From a virus, in the IMG/VR virus record IMGVR_UViG_3300028590_000015, positions 1-64,000 of that record: a stretch of 64,000 nt of DNA; one strand, given 5' to 3'. The notes under the pieces are model-generated. The model saw nothing but the letters and a program-made list of their open reading frames with translations. It was not told the DNA's origin and made no database searches. A program made the translations under genes and the position numbers. Of the stretch, positions 51,462-63,500 are shown piece by piece (within the stretch, counting starts at the first letter, position 1; each line of letters starts with the position of its first letter).

Positions 51462-52877
51462 ATGCAAAGCAGCTACGAGGTTTCGGTCAACGCAGCCACG
51501 CGCGCGGCAGTCGCGAGCGGCATTAACGTGCTCAACGCCTACCTGTTTGGCCAGACGGAGACGGAGCATGTCGCCCGGCTGCTCGACATGATGGACCCTC
51601 CGCCTGGCGCGGTGGTGATCGATGCAGGCTGCGGCGTCGGCGCGGTCGCCGAGGTCATGGCGCAGTTTCGGTCGGACCTACAGTTTGTCCTCGTGAACTC
51701 GAATGCCGAGCAGTTGGCGCGGTGTCCGGCCAGGATGCAGCAGCACCTGTGCAGTTTCGATCAGATGCCGCTCGACGACTGCAGCGCCGATGTGGTGATG
51801 TTCCATTTCTCGATCTGCCACGCGGAAAACTGGAGCGCGGCCGCGCGCGAGGCGTGGCGCGTGCTCAAACCCGGCGGCCTGCTGTTCATCAACGACATGC
51901 AGCGCATGCGCGGCGACAACACGCTTCTGGCCCACACGTTGAAGGCCTACGCGCACCCTGCTGGGGCCGTCGAAGAGGCCGCGCAGCGATGCGGTTTCGA
52001 GCTGGATGCGCTGATCGAGCCAGCACCCGTGGTGGAGCGACTGGCGCAGGCCCTCGATTCGCCTGCCTGGGCAACGGCGCTGCTGTCGGACGTGGCGCCG
52101 GCCGTGTGGCGCTTCACCAAGGCCGTGGCGGCCGGGCCCGTTGCATCAGCCTTCGCGCGCCATCGCCGCATCGGCTTCCAGTTCTCGGGCGGCCGTGACT
52201 CCACCGCGGCGCTGTACCTGCTGCGCCCTTACTGGGATCGCATGACGGTCTACCACCTGGACACCGGCGATCAGTTTCCTGAGACGCGGGCTGTGGTCGA
52301 GGCGGTCGAGCGCGATATGGGGAAACCCATGACGCGGATCGCCGGTGATGTGGAGGCGGTGCGCGAGCAATACGGGCTGGCCACTGACCTGCTGCCCGTC
52401 GACAACACCGCGCTGGGGCGCATGGTTTCCGGCAAGTCCGTGAAACTCATCAGCCGATTCGACTGCTGCTACCTGTCGCTCATGAAGCCAATGCAGGCCC
52501 GCATGGTTGCCGACGGCATCACCCTCGTGGTTCGTGGTCAGCGCGACGACGAGTACCACCAGCCGCCGCTGCGATCCGGCGATGGCGAGGGCGGCATTGA
52601 GGCGCTCTATCCCATTCAGGACTGGACGGGCGACGAAGTCTCGGCATACCTCGTGGCCCGAGGTCTTCCGCTCGCCCCGTTTTACGAGCGCGGCGCGCGC
52701 CGAGCGCCAGAGTGCATGGGGTGCACGGCCTGGTGGGACGAGGGCCGTGCCGCCTACCTGCGCAAATGGCATCCAGTCGCGTTCACCCAGTACCAGCAGC
52801 GCATGGGCGTCGTGAAGAACCAGATCCACCAGCAATACGCCGTCTTGATGGCGGCCGAAAAGGAGACCCAGCCATGA
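51462..52877 (+). CDS. Fusion protein: class-I SAM-dependent methyltransferase (N) + PAPS-reductase-family PP-loop ATP pyrophosphatase (C)
   Basis: N: VVIDAGCGVGAVAEVMAQ (motif I), LKPGGLLFIND. C: FQFSGGRDSTAALYLL (SGGxDS PP-loop) and C-terminal CMGC (CysH/DndC-like family). Confidence 0.75.
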   Translation: MQSSYEVSVNAATRAAVASGINVLNAYLFGQTETEHVARLLDMMDPPPGAVVIDAGCGVGAVAEVMAQFRSDLQFVLVNSNAEQLARCPARMQQHLCSFDQMPLDDCSADVVMFHFSICHAENWSAAAREAWRVLKPGGLLFINDMQRMRGDNTLLAHTLKAYAHPAGAVEEAAQRCGFELDALIEPAPVVERLAQALDSPAWATALLSDVAPAVWRFTKAVAAGPVASAFARHRRIGFQFSGGRDSTAALYLLRPYWDRMTVYHLDTGDQFPETRAVVEAVERDMGKPMTRIAGDVEAVREQYGLATDLLPVDNTALGRMVSGKSVKLISRFDCCYLSLMKPMQARMVADGITLVVRGQRDDEYHQPPLRSGDGEGGIEALYPIQDWTGDEVSAYLVARGLPLAPFYERGARRAPECMGCTAWWDEGRAAYLRKWHPVAFTQYQQRMGVVKNQIHQQYAVLMAAEKETQP

Positions 52878-54517
52878 GCAAAGGCGCAGCCATCGCAAAC
52901 GCGCTCGCACAGGGCATCAACGGCTATTTCCGGGGCATGAACTACACCCTGCAAATGCAGCGCGACGAGAAGGAATCGGAGTATCGCGACGAGCAGCGCG
53001 ATCGCCAGCGAAAGGACGATGCGAAGAAGGACAAGTTGGAAACCGACTTGGCCGACGCCGCCGCGCCGCGCACCACCATGCAGGGCACTGTCACCGAGAC
53101 CGCCGACAACAAGTTCCTGAATGCTGACTCGGCGCAGGCCGCCGCCATGCAGGACACGCTGGCAGCCGAAGCCGAGTTGAAGGGCGAATCGGCGCCCACC
53201 CAGCAGGCCGGCACCGGCGTGGTGGGCACGATGGCGCGCGGCAACGAGATCACGACCGGGCCGGTGGACACGTCCAAAGTCAACAGCTCCGATGCGCGCA
53301 ACGAGCGAGTGCTTGGCGCGCTGCGCAGCAACGGGCAGGTTGAACGCGCCATGAGCATGGAGAGCAACATCCTGGACCAGCAGGCCAAGCGCCTGGGCCT
53401 GGATGTGGCCCAGGCCAAGTTCGCTGACGAGCAGTTCAACCGTAAGCTCACCGAGCGCCTCTCCACGCCAAACTGGGGCGAGGAGGCGGCGAAGATGCTC
53501 GACGAGACCGAGGTGGGCAGTCTCGCTGGCGTGACCGTCACCTCGCGCCCGTCCAAGGACGGCAAGTCGATCGACCTCGTCGGGGTGCGCGACGGCAAGG
53601 AGAAGGTGGTAGGCACGTTTGAGAACAGCGATGCCGGACGCGCCAAGTTCATGCAACAGGTCGCACGCGTGCCGCTCGAAGCCAAGATCGGCTGGATCGT
53701 CGAGTCGGAGAAATCCGCGCGCGAGGAGCAGCGGTGGCAGCAAACCTTCGACTTCAACAAGAAGAAGGAGGAGAACGACCAGCAGTACCGCAACCGCGTG
53801 CTCAGCATCCAGATGGCCCAGGAATCGCGCGCGCGCCAGACGCACGCCCTGGCCATGGAGGACGCCAAGATCCCGCCTGCGGTAAAGCTGCAGGCGCAAA
53901 CGCTGGCCAAGCAAATGGAGACCATCAACTCCGCGCTGTCCAAGGCGATGGCCGAGGGTTCCTTCGACGCGAACAACCCCGCATCTGCGGACCTGATCAA
54001 GCAGCAGCGGGTGCTCGGCTTGAAGTACCAGAACCTGCTCACGCCATACACCCCCGGCGCGCAGAAGAACGCCGACCCTCTGGGACTGGGCGGTGGCGAG
54101 GCGCCGGCTGCTGGTGCGCCTGCTTCGACGCCCGCTGCCACCACCACGACCCAGCAGCCCTCTGCTCCGGTGCCACGCATGGGGATTGGCGGCGGAGCGA
54201 TGCCACCGGCGGCCGCGCCCGCTGCTGCGCCAGCGCCTGCGAAAGAAAAGCCGACCGTCGCCCAGGTGCTCGCAGGCCCCAGCGCCGATCCGACGCTCCT
54301 GGCCAGCGCGCAGCAGAAGGCCCAGGTGGTCGAGCAACTGGCCGGGCAGATCAAGGCCGCGCAGGCCGCCGTGGCCCAGACCGCTCGTGCGAACCCTGCA
54401 GGCGTCGGCCCGGCCATGCAGCAGGTGGCCGCCGCGCGTGCAGAACTCACGAAGGCCCTCGCGGGCATGAACGATCAGCAGGCCGCCCAGGTTCTGGCGG
54501 CTGTCGGACTCCAGTAA
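52874..54517 (+). CDS. Hypothetical virion/internal protein (547 aa)
   Basis: ATGA-coupled; charged coiled-coil N-terminal region, Ala/Pro-rich C-terminal region. Confidence 0.55.
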   Translation: MSKGAAIANALAQGINGYFRGMNYTLQMQRDEKESEYRDEQRDRQRKDDAKKDKLETDLADAAAPRTTMQGTVTETADNKFLNADSAQAAAMQDTLAAEAELKGESAPTQQAGTGVVGTMARGNEITTGPVDTSKVNSSDARNERVLGALRSNGQVERAMSMESNILDQQAKRLGLDVAQAKFADEQFNRKLTERLSTPNWGEEAAKMLDETEVGSLAGVTVTSRPSKDGKSIDLVGVRDGKEKVVGTFENSDAGRAKFMQQVARVPLEAKIGWIVESEKSAREEQRWQQTFDFNKKKEENDQQYRNRVLSIQMAQESRARQTHALAMEDAKIPPAVKLQAQTLAKQMETINSALSKAMAEGSFDANNPASADLIKQQRVLGLKYQNLLTPYTPGAQKNADPLGLGGGEAPAAGAPASTPAATTTTQQPSAPVPRMGIGGGAMPPAAAPAAAPAPAKEKPTVAQVLAGPSADPTLLASAQQKAQVVEQLAGQIKAAQAAVAQTARANPAGVGPAMQQVAAARAELTKALAGMNDQQAAQVLAAVGLQ

Positions 54518-54529
54518 TCGGACGCTCAC

Positions 54530-57500
54530 ATGAACCTCGAAGAAGCCCGCAAGCGCCTGCCCGAACTCGAAGGGCTGAGCGACCCCGCTGCGATCGATGT
54601 GATCCACGAGGTCTACTACCCGCAGATGGACAAGGCCAAGCTGGCGGGCAAGTTGGGCTACAAGGCCCCGCCGGCGCCCGCGCCAGAGCGCAGCACCATG
54701 CGCGCCGCAGGCGACTTAGCGCTGCAGTTCGGTGGTGGTGCCGTGTCTGGTGTGCGCATGATGTCCGACTTGCTGGGGGCGAACAACGCGGTGTCGGGCA
54801 CGCTGCGCAACGCCGAGGACGCCCTGCAGAAACTCCAGAGCGCGGCTGCGCAGGCCGACCAGCAGCAGATCGCCGCCATCATGAAAGAGGCCGAAAGCAA
54901 GGGCTTCGTGGACCAGGTGCTGGCGGGGGTCAAGGCATTCGGCGTGGCGCCTGCGGCAATGGTTGCTCAAGCCCTGGGCACTTCGCTGCCCACCCTGGCC
55001 ACAGCAGCCATTCCAGGCGCTGGGCCCATGGCACTGGCGGCGCGCCTTGGCGCGGCAGGTGCGGTGGGCGCAGGGCAGGGCGCGGGCAACATCAAGGGCG
55101 TCATCTACGACCAGGTGAAGGCAAACCCACTGCCGGGTGAGGCGCCCGAACAGACCGAGGCCCGCGCCGTGGACGCGCAGTCCTACACCGGAGAAAACGC
55201 CGATCAGATCGCGCTGGGCGGTGGCCTTGGCCTGCTCGCTGGTGCCACGGGTATGGAGCGGGCCGTCGGCGCTCTGCGAAACGGTGTCGCGAAGGCCGCG
55301 CCCGGCATGGCCGCGCGCGTGGGCCTCGGCGCCGCTGGCGAAGCCGTGCCGGAGGCCCTGCAGGGTGGCCAGGAGAAGCTGGCGGGCAACCTGGCGCTCG
55401 GCCGCGAGGGGTTCGATGTGGACCCCATGTCGGGCGTCGTGGCCGGCGGCACGATGGAGGCGCTGGCCGGCGGCGTAATGGGTGGCGCAACGGCGCTTCC
55501 TCGACCCGCAGTGCGCACGCCCGACCCGATTTCCCAGGCCGGCGACGCCATTCGATCGGCTGAGGTGGTGCCGGAGTCGGGCCCGATGACCCGCGCGGCC
55601 AACGTGGCCACCGAGATGAAGGCGCAGCAAGCTGAGGCCGACGTCGCTGCGCAGGTGGCCGCGATCGAGCCTGCCGAACCTGCGCCGGTGCCAGCACAGC
55701 CAGTGGCCGACGATCCGGTGGCGCAGCCCGTCGCCGCTGTCTCGCCGGTTGAAGCCGCGCCGGTGGACGCCTCGGACGCTGCCCAAGAGCAGCGGGCCAA
55801 CAACGCGCTGGCCAGCATGGAGCGCCAGGCGCAACGCGACATGCAGAGCATGCGCGATTTCAGCCGGACCACGCCTGCCACCAGCGATGTGCCCGATCCG
55901 TTCGCCGACGTGCCGGTGGCCGGCGGTGCGCCCGCGGCTGCCGCGTCGGGGGATGTCCTGAATCCCAAGGGCGAGCCTTTCAAGACCAGGATGGCTGCGC
56001 AACGTGCCACCAAGAAGACCCCTGGCGATGTCGTGCCCGTCGCGGGCGGCTTCGTCGTTCGCCCAACCATCTCCCAGGATCTCGCCAGTGAGCCCACCCA
56101 AGGAACCCCAGATGCAGCCGCTGTCGCGCCGTTTGACGCGGGCGCAGCGCCGGCAGTGGAGCCCGGTGCCGGGCCCGATGCGGGAGAAGCTGGCGCTGCA
56201 GCGCTTGTTCGACCGGCCGAGCCCGAGCAGCCTGCGGCACTGATCGCGCAGGCCCCTGCCATGCCTGCCGCTGAAAGCGACTGGCAGGTCTTCCCAGCCG
56301 ACACCGAGACGCTCAACGTGCCGCGCGCCGAGATGCCGCAGATCAAGGCCGCGCACCGCGGCGCGATGGTCAATTTCCTCAAGGCCCGAGGTATTGAGCA
56401 CGAGGCCGACGAGGTGGCGGCCAACACGCTCAAGCCCACCCAGGCCGAGTTTTCAATCTCCAAGGTGAAGAAGGCCCAGGACTTCGGCGACCCCGATCGT
56501 TCCATCCTGGTGTCGGCCGACGGCTACGTGGTCGATGGCCACCACCAGTGGATTGCGCGCGGAGCCAACGGCGCCAGCGTCAAGGTGATCCGCCTCAAGG
56601 CTCCGATCTCCGAGCTGCTGCCCGCGGTGCGCGAGTTTCCCAGCTCCACCGTCGATGAAACGACAGCCGATGTCCAGAACGCAACGCAAGAGCCCGCAGG
56701 GGAAGCGGCCCAAGCCGCGAACACTGAAACGACAGCGCCAGCGGGAAGCGATGGAGCCGCCACCGAAGGAGTTTCCCCAGAGGGAAGTTCCCCCGTGGAA
56801 GCCGCTGGGGTGAAGGATGGGGCAGCGCCCGAGTCGGACGCCGCCCACCCCCCGCAGGCGGATGCGTCGCCTCCTCAACAAACCGGCCAGGCTCCTGAGC
56901 CCGAACCCGAGCAGCGCACGCCGGAAAAGGTGGTGGCGCGGCGTAAGCGCCTGATCGCTGAACGCAAGGCCTCCGAGATTGCCTCACCAGCCCAAGAAGC
57001 AACGAAGGAGGCGCCTGCAACGGAGGCGCCCGCCCCATCGAAGCCGAAGGCGAAGCGGCAGACGGCGGCCTCGCGCCAGGCGGAAGCAGAGGCCGCGCGC
57101 GCCGGCTATTTCACCCCTGGTCACGTGGTGCGCGGTTACGGTGGCTTCGATGAGGTGTTGGCGTACAACCCAACAGACGGCGGCGGGTTCAGCGTGACCG
57201 TGCATGAGGTGAAGCGCGTGGGAGACGAATGGCACCGCGTCGGCAAGCCGCAGGACGCGCGCACGCACAGCACGCAGCCCGAGGACCGGCTGCTCAAGAA
57301 CGGCCCATTCGCGCGCCTGTCCTACCGTCGCGCTGGCGAGGTGGTCTACACCAGCCCGCGCGCTGATGGCCAGCCGTTCCCGAATGCCGTTGATCGAGGT
57401 GTCGCGCCGCCTGCGGAGAAGGTCGCCGAGCCTGATCCAGCACCAGCCCCGAAGGCTGAACGAGCGGCCGCTCCAAAGAGCGCCGCACCGGTCAAGATCG

Positions 57501-60500
57501 AGGACTTCGGCGAGAAGCTCGCCGGCGCGCGCAAGGACTACGCCGCGCAGCTCAAGGACGCCGAGGCCCTGGACGTGTCCGCTGTGCCGCTGTCGCAGTC
57601 GTGGCCCGAGCCGGACTACCAGAAGCTGCTGGAGGGCGGCGCCGATCCATTCACCGTGGCGTTCATTCACGCTGCGCGCGATGAGGTGCCGAACAAGCCG
57701 CAGACGGCTTGGAAGCTCAAGGGATGGGTGCCGATGGTGAATGCGCTTCGCGGCATGTCGCACATGCTGCTGGCGGGCCGTGCCACGAGGCAGTCCTTGA
57801 CGGACATGCTCAGCCGCGCCGACATGCGCAGCGTGCGCGATGGAGTCGCCAGCCGCGCCGAGCTTTACGAGGCTGTGGGGCACGACCGGTCGCTTAAAGG
57901 CCTGTCGTTCGCTGAGCACCACTACTCGCTCTACAAGGGCCAGCCGAACGTGCGGAAATGGGTTGTCTCGCAGCGCTCGAAGTCCACTGCTTTCGGCAAC
58001 TGGCCCCGCGAGCTGGCCGTCGGCGATACCAAGGCGGCCATGCTGGAGCAGTTCACGGCGAAGCTGGTTGCTCAGGACATCAATGGTGTCAGCGCCAAAG
58101 CCAAGCCCAGTTTCGTGATCTACGGCAAGCGCGGCCAGAAGGGCGCGTTCATCGGGAAGAAGATCGGGCGCGAGTACATCGACCTGCACAAGGCCGACGA
58201 CGTCGTCGCCGCGCGACGCTACATGGCCGAGAACACGGCCGCGCTGGAGAAGGCGCTGGAGCGATACAAAGAAACCCCGTTCGAGCGGAAGTCGGAGAAT
58301 GCCCCCCGTGTTGGTGGCGACCACCGCAATGGCGCGCCGGTGACGCCCGAGGTTTTTGGCGACACCTTCGGTTTCCGTGGCGTGCAGTTCGGCAACTACG
58401 TGGAGCAGGGTCGGCGTCAGTCGGACCTCAACGAGGCGTTTGACGCCCTGATGGACATGGCCGCCGTGCTCGACCTGCCGCCGCGGGCACTCTCGCTCAA
58501 CGGGCGGCTGGGGTTGGCCTTCGGCGCGCGTGGCAAGGGCGGGAAGAACGCCCCAGTCGCGCACTATGAGCCCAGCAGCGTGGTGATCAACCTCACCAAG
58601 GGCGGCGGGCCCGGCAGCTTGGCGCACGAGTGGTTCCACGCCATGGACAACTATTTCGCCAAGGAGGGCGGGGATATCGGGTTCATGACCGACGCAGCAC
58701 GCGGCGACGCGCTGCGCGCGGAGATGCGCGAGGCGTTCATGGTCATCAAGCGCGCGATGAACCAGGGCGAACTCAAGAAGCGTTCGCTGGAGCTGGACAA
58801 GCGCCGCTCGAAACCGTACTGGTCCACATCGCTGGAGATGGCAGCAAGGTCGTTTGAGAGCTACGTGATCGCGAAACTCTACGACCAGGGCGCGGCCAAC
58901 GACTACTTGGCCAACGTGGTCAGCCCGGAATACTGGGCGGCCGAAGAGGCGATGCGCGAGGTGTTCGAGGGCAAGAAGGCCGGGCCGACCTTTCCCTACC
59001 CCACGGTGGACGAGATGCCGGCGTTGCGCGCAGCGTTCGACGACTTTTTCAAGGTGGTCCAAACCCGCAAAGATGACGATGGCAAGGTGGCCATGTTCAG
59101 TCGCGCGGAAGGGGCGCCGAAGGGCATCAGCCCGGCCCAGGCGTCGAGCATCGTCAGCGCGCTCAGCAAGCGTTGGGCGAACGCACCCGAGGTGGTGGTT
59201 GTTTCCAGCATCCAGGACGAAGCGGTCCCGGTCGAGGTCCGCGAGCATGACCTTGAGCAACGAAGCCTTGGCGCCAGTGGCGAGCCGGAAGGATTCTGGT
59301 ACGACGGCAAAGCCTACGTGGTGGCTGGCGCGCTGAATGGCCCTGCGGACGTGGTGCGCGTGCTATTCCACGAGGCGCTCGGCCACTACGGCCTGCGTGG
59401 CACGTTCGGCGAAGGTCTGACCCCCATCCTGAAGCAGTTGATCGCCATGCGGCGGCCCGCCGTCGAAGCGAAGGCAGCGCAGTACGGCCTGCAGATGAGC
59501 AACGAAGAGCACCGGATGCAGGCCGCCGAGGAAGTGCTGGCCGAGATGGCTCAAAGCCGTCCAGGGCTCGGCTTCGTGAAGCGCGCGATCGCAGCCGTTC
59601 GCGCGTGGCTGCGCACGCACGTGCCCGGGTTTGCGAGCATGAAGCTCACCGACACGGACATCATTTCCCAGTTCATCCTGCCCGCGCGCCGGTTTGTCGA
59701 GAATGGCGCTGCGCGCCAGCAGGGGGGCGTCGAACCCGCCATGGCGTTCAGCAAAGCCGAGCGCAATGCCCTGGACGAGATCAGCCGCATGGACGAGATG
59801 TTCGCCGTGCCGAAGTCCAACCAGTTGACCCTGGAGGGCATCTTTGCTGACCTGGCGCCGCAGATCCAGGTGAAGCGCGGGCATGCCATGGGCACGCAGA
59901 CCACCTACCGGCTCACGTTGCCAATCGCGAACAAGGGCGATGGGTTGATCACGGCCACGGTGACGGTGCGAGAGCCGAACCCCTATGGCGCGAGTGTCTA
60001 TGGGGTGGAGTTCGACGCCGAGAACGAGATCATGGAGGCCTCTACGGTGCGCCCGGGGGAAAACCCAGCGGACCTGTCGCCGGACATGGCGGATGTGTGG
60101 ATCGATGTCTCCAGCCTGCCCCAGGGGTCCGGCTTGGGCGAGATCATCTACAGTGCGGCCGCCAATTTCGCGCACAACACCGGGCGGGTGTTCATCGGCG
60201 ACCCTAACGGGTTGAGCGCTGTCGCGCTGCGCCGCCGCACTGAGCAGATGATCTCCAGCGCATTGAAGTTCGGCACGACCGACCACCTCGCGCCCCATCC
60301 CGACCAGGTGAAAGGTGACACCGCCGCCGGCGTGCCGGCGCTGCGGTGGGTCTATGGTGACTCGGAGGGCAACATCGAGCGCATGATTGACGTGAGCCTC
60401 CAGTCCATCGAAAATGCCCTTCCTTCCGCGAAACTCATCGGGTATGACGCTGCCAGCAACAAGTTCTTCCGCATCGACACCGGCGCTCGCTTGCCTTTCC

Positions 60501-63500
60501 GATCGGCAATTGCTGGCGTGGTCAATGCGCAGAGTTTGGGCAGGGCTATCGACGGGCGACGACCTGATGGCCTGGGCCGAGCAGCCGACCGAGCAGGACA
60601 AGGCGTGGATGCTGGAGCAGCAAGCGCGGGATCAGCGGGTTGGCGTACTGTTGCGCGAGCTGCACTATTTCGGTACCTCCGAGAGGCCCAGGGCGTGGCG
60701 GCCGACGGAGCAGACCGAGGAAGCCTTCTGGACCGATTGCGCGATGCGGGCGCCCGGCTTGGACGAGAAGGCCCAGTTGCAAGCGGTGGCGCGTCTGCGG
60801 AACCCATCTTCTACAGCCGTAGCGCGGGCAACAGCAACGGCCTGAGCGCCGAGACGGGGGCGCGTTTCAGCCGCTCCCTCACCGAATCGATCAACAACGT
60901 CCGCAGCATGGCGCTGCCGGCCGGCTACGTCGTCAACGACCTGTTCCAGTCCACCGGCAAGCTGTCGTGGTGGAACAAGACGGTGGGCACGATGTACAAC
61001 CTCGCGCAGCGCGAGCGCGACTTCAAACCGGTGTTCGACAAGGCGCAGGAGTTTCTGAACGACGTGGCGTTCTACGCCGCCGAGGCCTCCAACCTGGCGC
61101 CCAAGATCTTGCCCAAGCTGGAAACGCTCAAGGACATCACGAAGTCGCCCATTTCGGCCGCCGACAATAAGGCCATTTCCGCGCCCATCTTTGAAGGGAC
61201 GCTCACATGGATGCGCGACCCCTCGACGCGCAAGCCCATCACCATGGAAGAGGCCGAGGCGAAGGCCGCCAGCATGACCACCGAGCAGAAAGCCGGTGAG
61301 CTGGTGCGTAAGGGCATGCTCGCGCCCGAGGTGCTCAAGATGTGGCAGGGTCAGCCGGTGGATCAGTACACGGCCATGGTGTCCGACCGGTACGAGCGGG
61401 ACATGCTGAACGCCGGCATCGTCTGGACCGACGCCGAACTCAAGGGGCAGTTCAAGCTGAGCGATGACCAGGTGGCGCTCTACCGCGAGTTTCGGGCGGC
61501 AGTGGACAAGAGCCTCTCCACCCTGGCGATCGCCGATATGGTGCGCTTCGGTGGCCAGGACGTGCAGCCGGTGCGCGAGCTGGCGCTGGAAGCCGAAAGC
61601 GTGGATGCCGCGGCGAAACTGTTGCGGGACTTCCTGCTCGCTGAGGCCGAGGCGGACCCGGCGCGCAAGCGCGTCCTGACCGACACCGCCGACCGCATGC
61701 TGGACAAAGCGGCGAAGGCGAACAGCCTGATGGAGCGCGGCTACGCGCCCCTGTCGCGATTTGGGCGGTACTCGCTGGACGTGGTGGATGCCGGCGGCGA
61801 GCGCGTGTACTTCGGGCTGTTCGAGTCCCAGGCCCAGGCCAACAAGATGGCGCGCCAGATGCGCGGCAACTTCCCCAAGGCCTCGATCACCCAGGGCACG
61901 GTGAGCCAGGAGGCCTACAAGATGTTCGCCGGCGTGTCGCCTGAGACTCTGGAGCTGTTCGGCCAACTGGTTGGCCTGGAGGCGAAGGGCGATGGTGCAC
62001 TGAACGAGGTGTTCCAGCAGTACCTCAAGAACGCGAAGAGCCAGCGCAGTGCGATGAAGCGCCTGATCCAGCGCAAGGGCATCTCCGGTTTCAGCGAAGA
62101 CCCGGGCCGCGTGCTGGCCGGCTTCGTCTACTCGAATGCCCGGCAGACTTCGAGCAGCCTGCACATGGGCGAGCTGGCCACTGCCGTCGACGAGATCCCG
62201 AAGACCAAGGGCGAGCTCAAGGACATGGCGGTCAAGCTCAACGACTATGTGAAGAACCCCCAGGAGGAGGCGCAGGCGCTGCGCGGTCTGCTGTTTGCCC
62301 AGTACCTGGGCGGCTCGGTGTCGTCGGCGCTGCTCAACGCCCTGCAGCCGGTGCAGGTCACCTTTCCGTGGCTTTCGCAGTTCGGGGGCGGCATCAAGGC
62401 TGCCAGCCGCATGAAGCGCGCCATCAGCGACGTGCTCGCTCGCCGCGAACTGGAGCCGACCCTGGCCAAGGCCTTGAAGAAGGCCGAGGAAGACGGCGTG
62501 GTGAGCCCGCAGGAGGTGTTCCAGCTCCAGGCCCAGGCCGCAGGTCGCGCACCGCTGCTGACGAGCGATGGCACCCGCCTAGGCGCCGCCGGCGCGGCCG
62601 CCAACAACACGCTGTCGCGTGTCACGCTGGCCTGGGGCAAGCTGTTCGGCGCGGCCGAGCAGTTCAACCGCCGCTCGACCTACATCGCGGCGTATCGCAC
62701 GGCGGTGGAGCAGGGCATGGGCGACCCGGCCAAGTTTGCCGAGCGCGCGGTTTACGAGACCCAGTTCGTCTACTCCAAGGCCAACCGGCCGCAGTGGGCC
62801 CGCGGTGCCGTCGGCGCGACCCTCTTCACCTTCAAGCAGTACAGCATCAGCTACGTGGAGCTGATGCACCGCATGTACACCCAGGGCGGCCCCGAGGGCA
62901 AGAAGGCCGCGCTGCTGGGCATCGCGGTGCTGTTCCTGATGTCCGGGCTGGGTGGGCTGCCCTTCAACGACGATCTGGAGGATCTGATCGACGGCTTCAT
63001 GCAACGGGTGATGAACCGCAACTTCAACACCAAGCAGGCGAAACGGGAGTTTTTCACCAACCTGCTGGGCGCCAATTTGGCCAACTTCCTGGAGCGCGGA
63101 GTTTCCGGGCTGCCGGGCGCGCCCATCGACGTGTCGGGCCGGCTTGGGCTGGGCAACCTCATTCCTGGCACCGGCGTGTTTCAGAAGAAGGACGATTACA
63201 GCCGCGACCTGCTGGAGATCGTCGGCCCGGCCGGAGACTTCGCGAAGCGCGGTGGCCAGGCTGCCGGCAAGGCGCTGCAGGGCGAGGTGCTGGGCGCTCG
63301 CGGCGCGTTGGCCACCGTTTCGCCTGTGGCCTCGCGCAACGCCATCAAGGGCTGGGAGATGGCCACCACCGGCATGTACCTGGATGACCGAGGCCGCAAG
63401 GTGCTCGACTCGAGCGGCATGGATGCCCTGTTCAAGTCCATCGGCATCCAGCCAGCCGGCGTAGCCCAGGTGCAGGAATCGGTGTTCGAGGTGCAGCGCC

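Noticed and set aside
52754-54607. 617-aa and 508-aa minus-strand ORFs
   Set aside because: Antisense to well-supported late genes (52874-54517 and start of the giant gene); low-complexity composition
54716-60601. Several long minus-strand ORFs (561, 433, 758, 412 aa) inside the giant gene
   Set aside because: All antisense to a single 9.2-kb ORF with coherent codon usage and conserved domains; G/R/A/P-rich products
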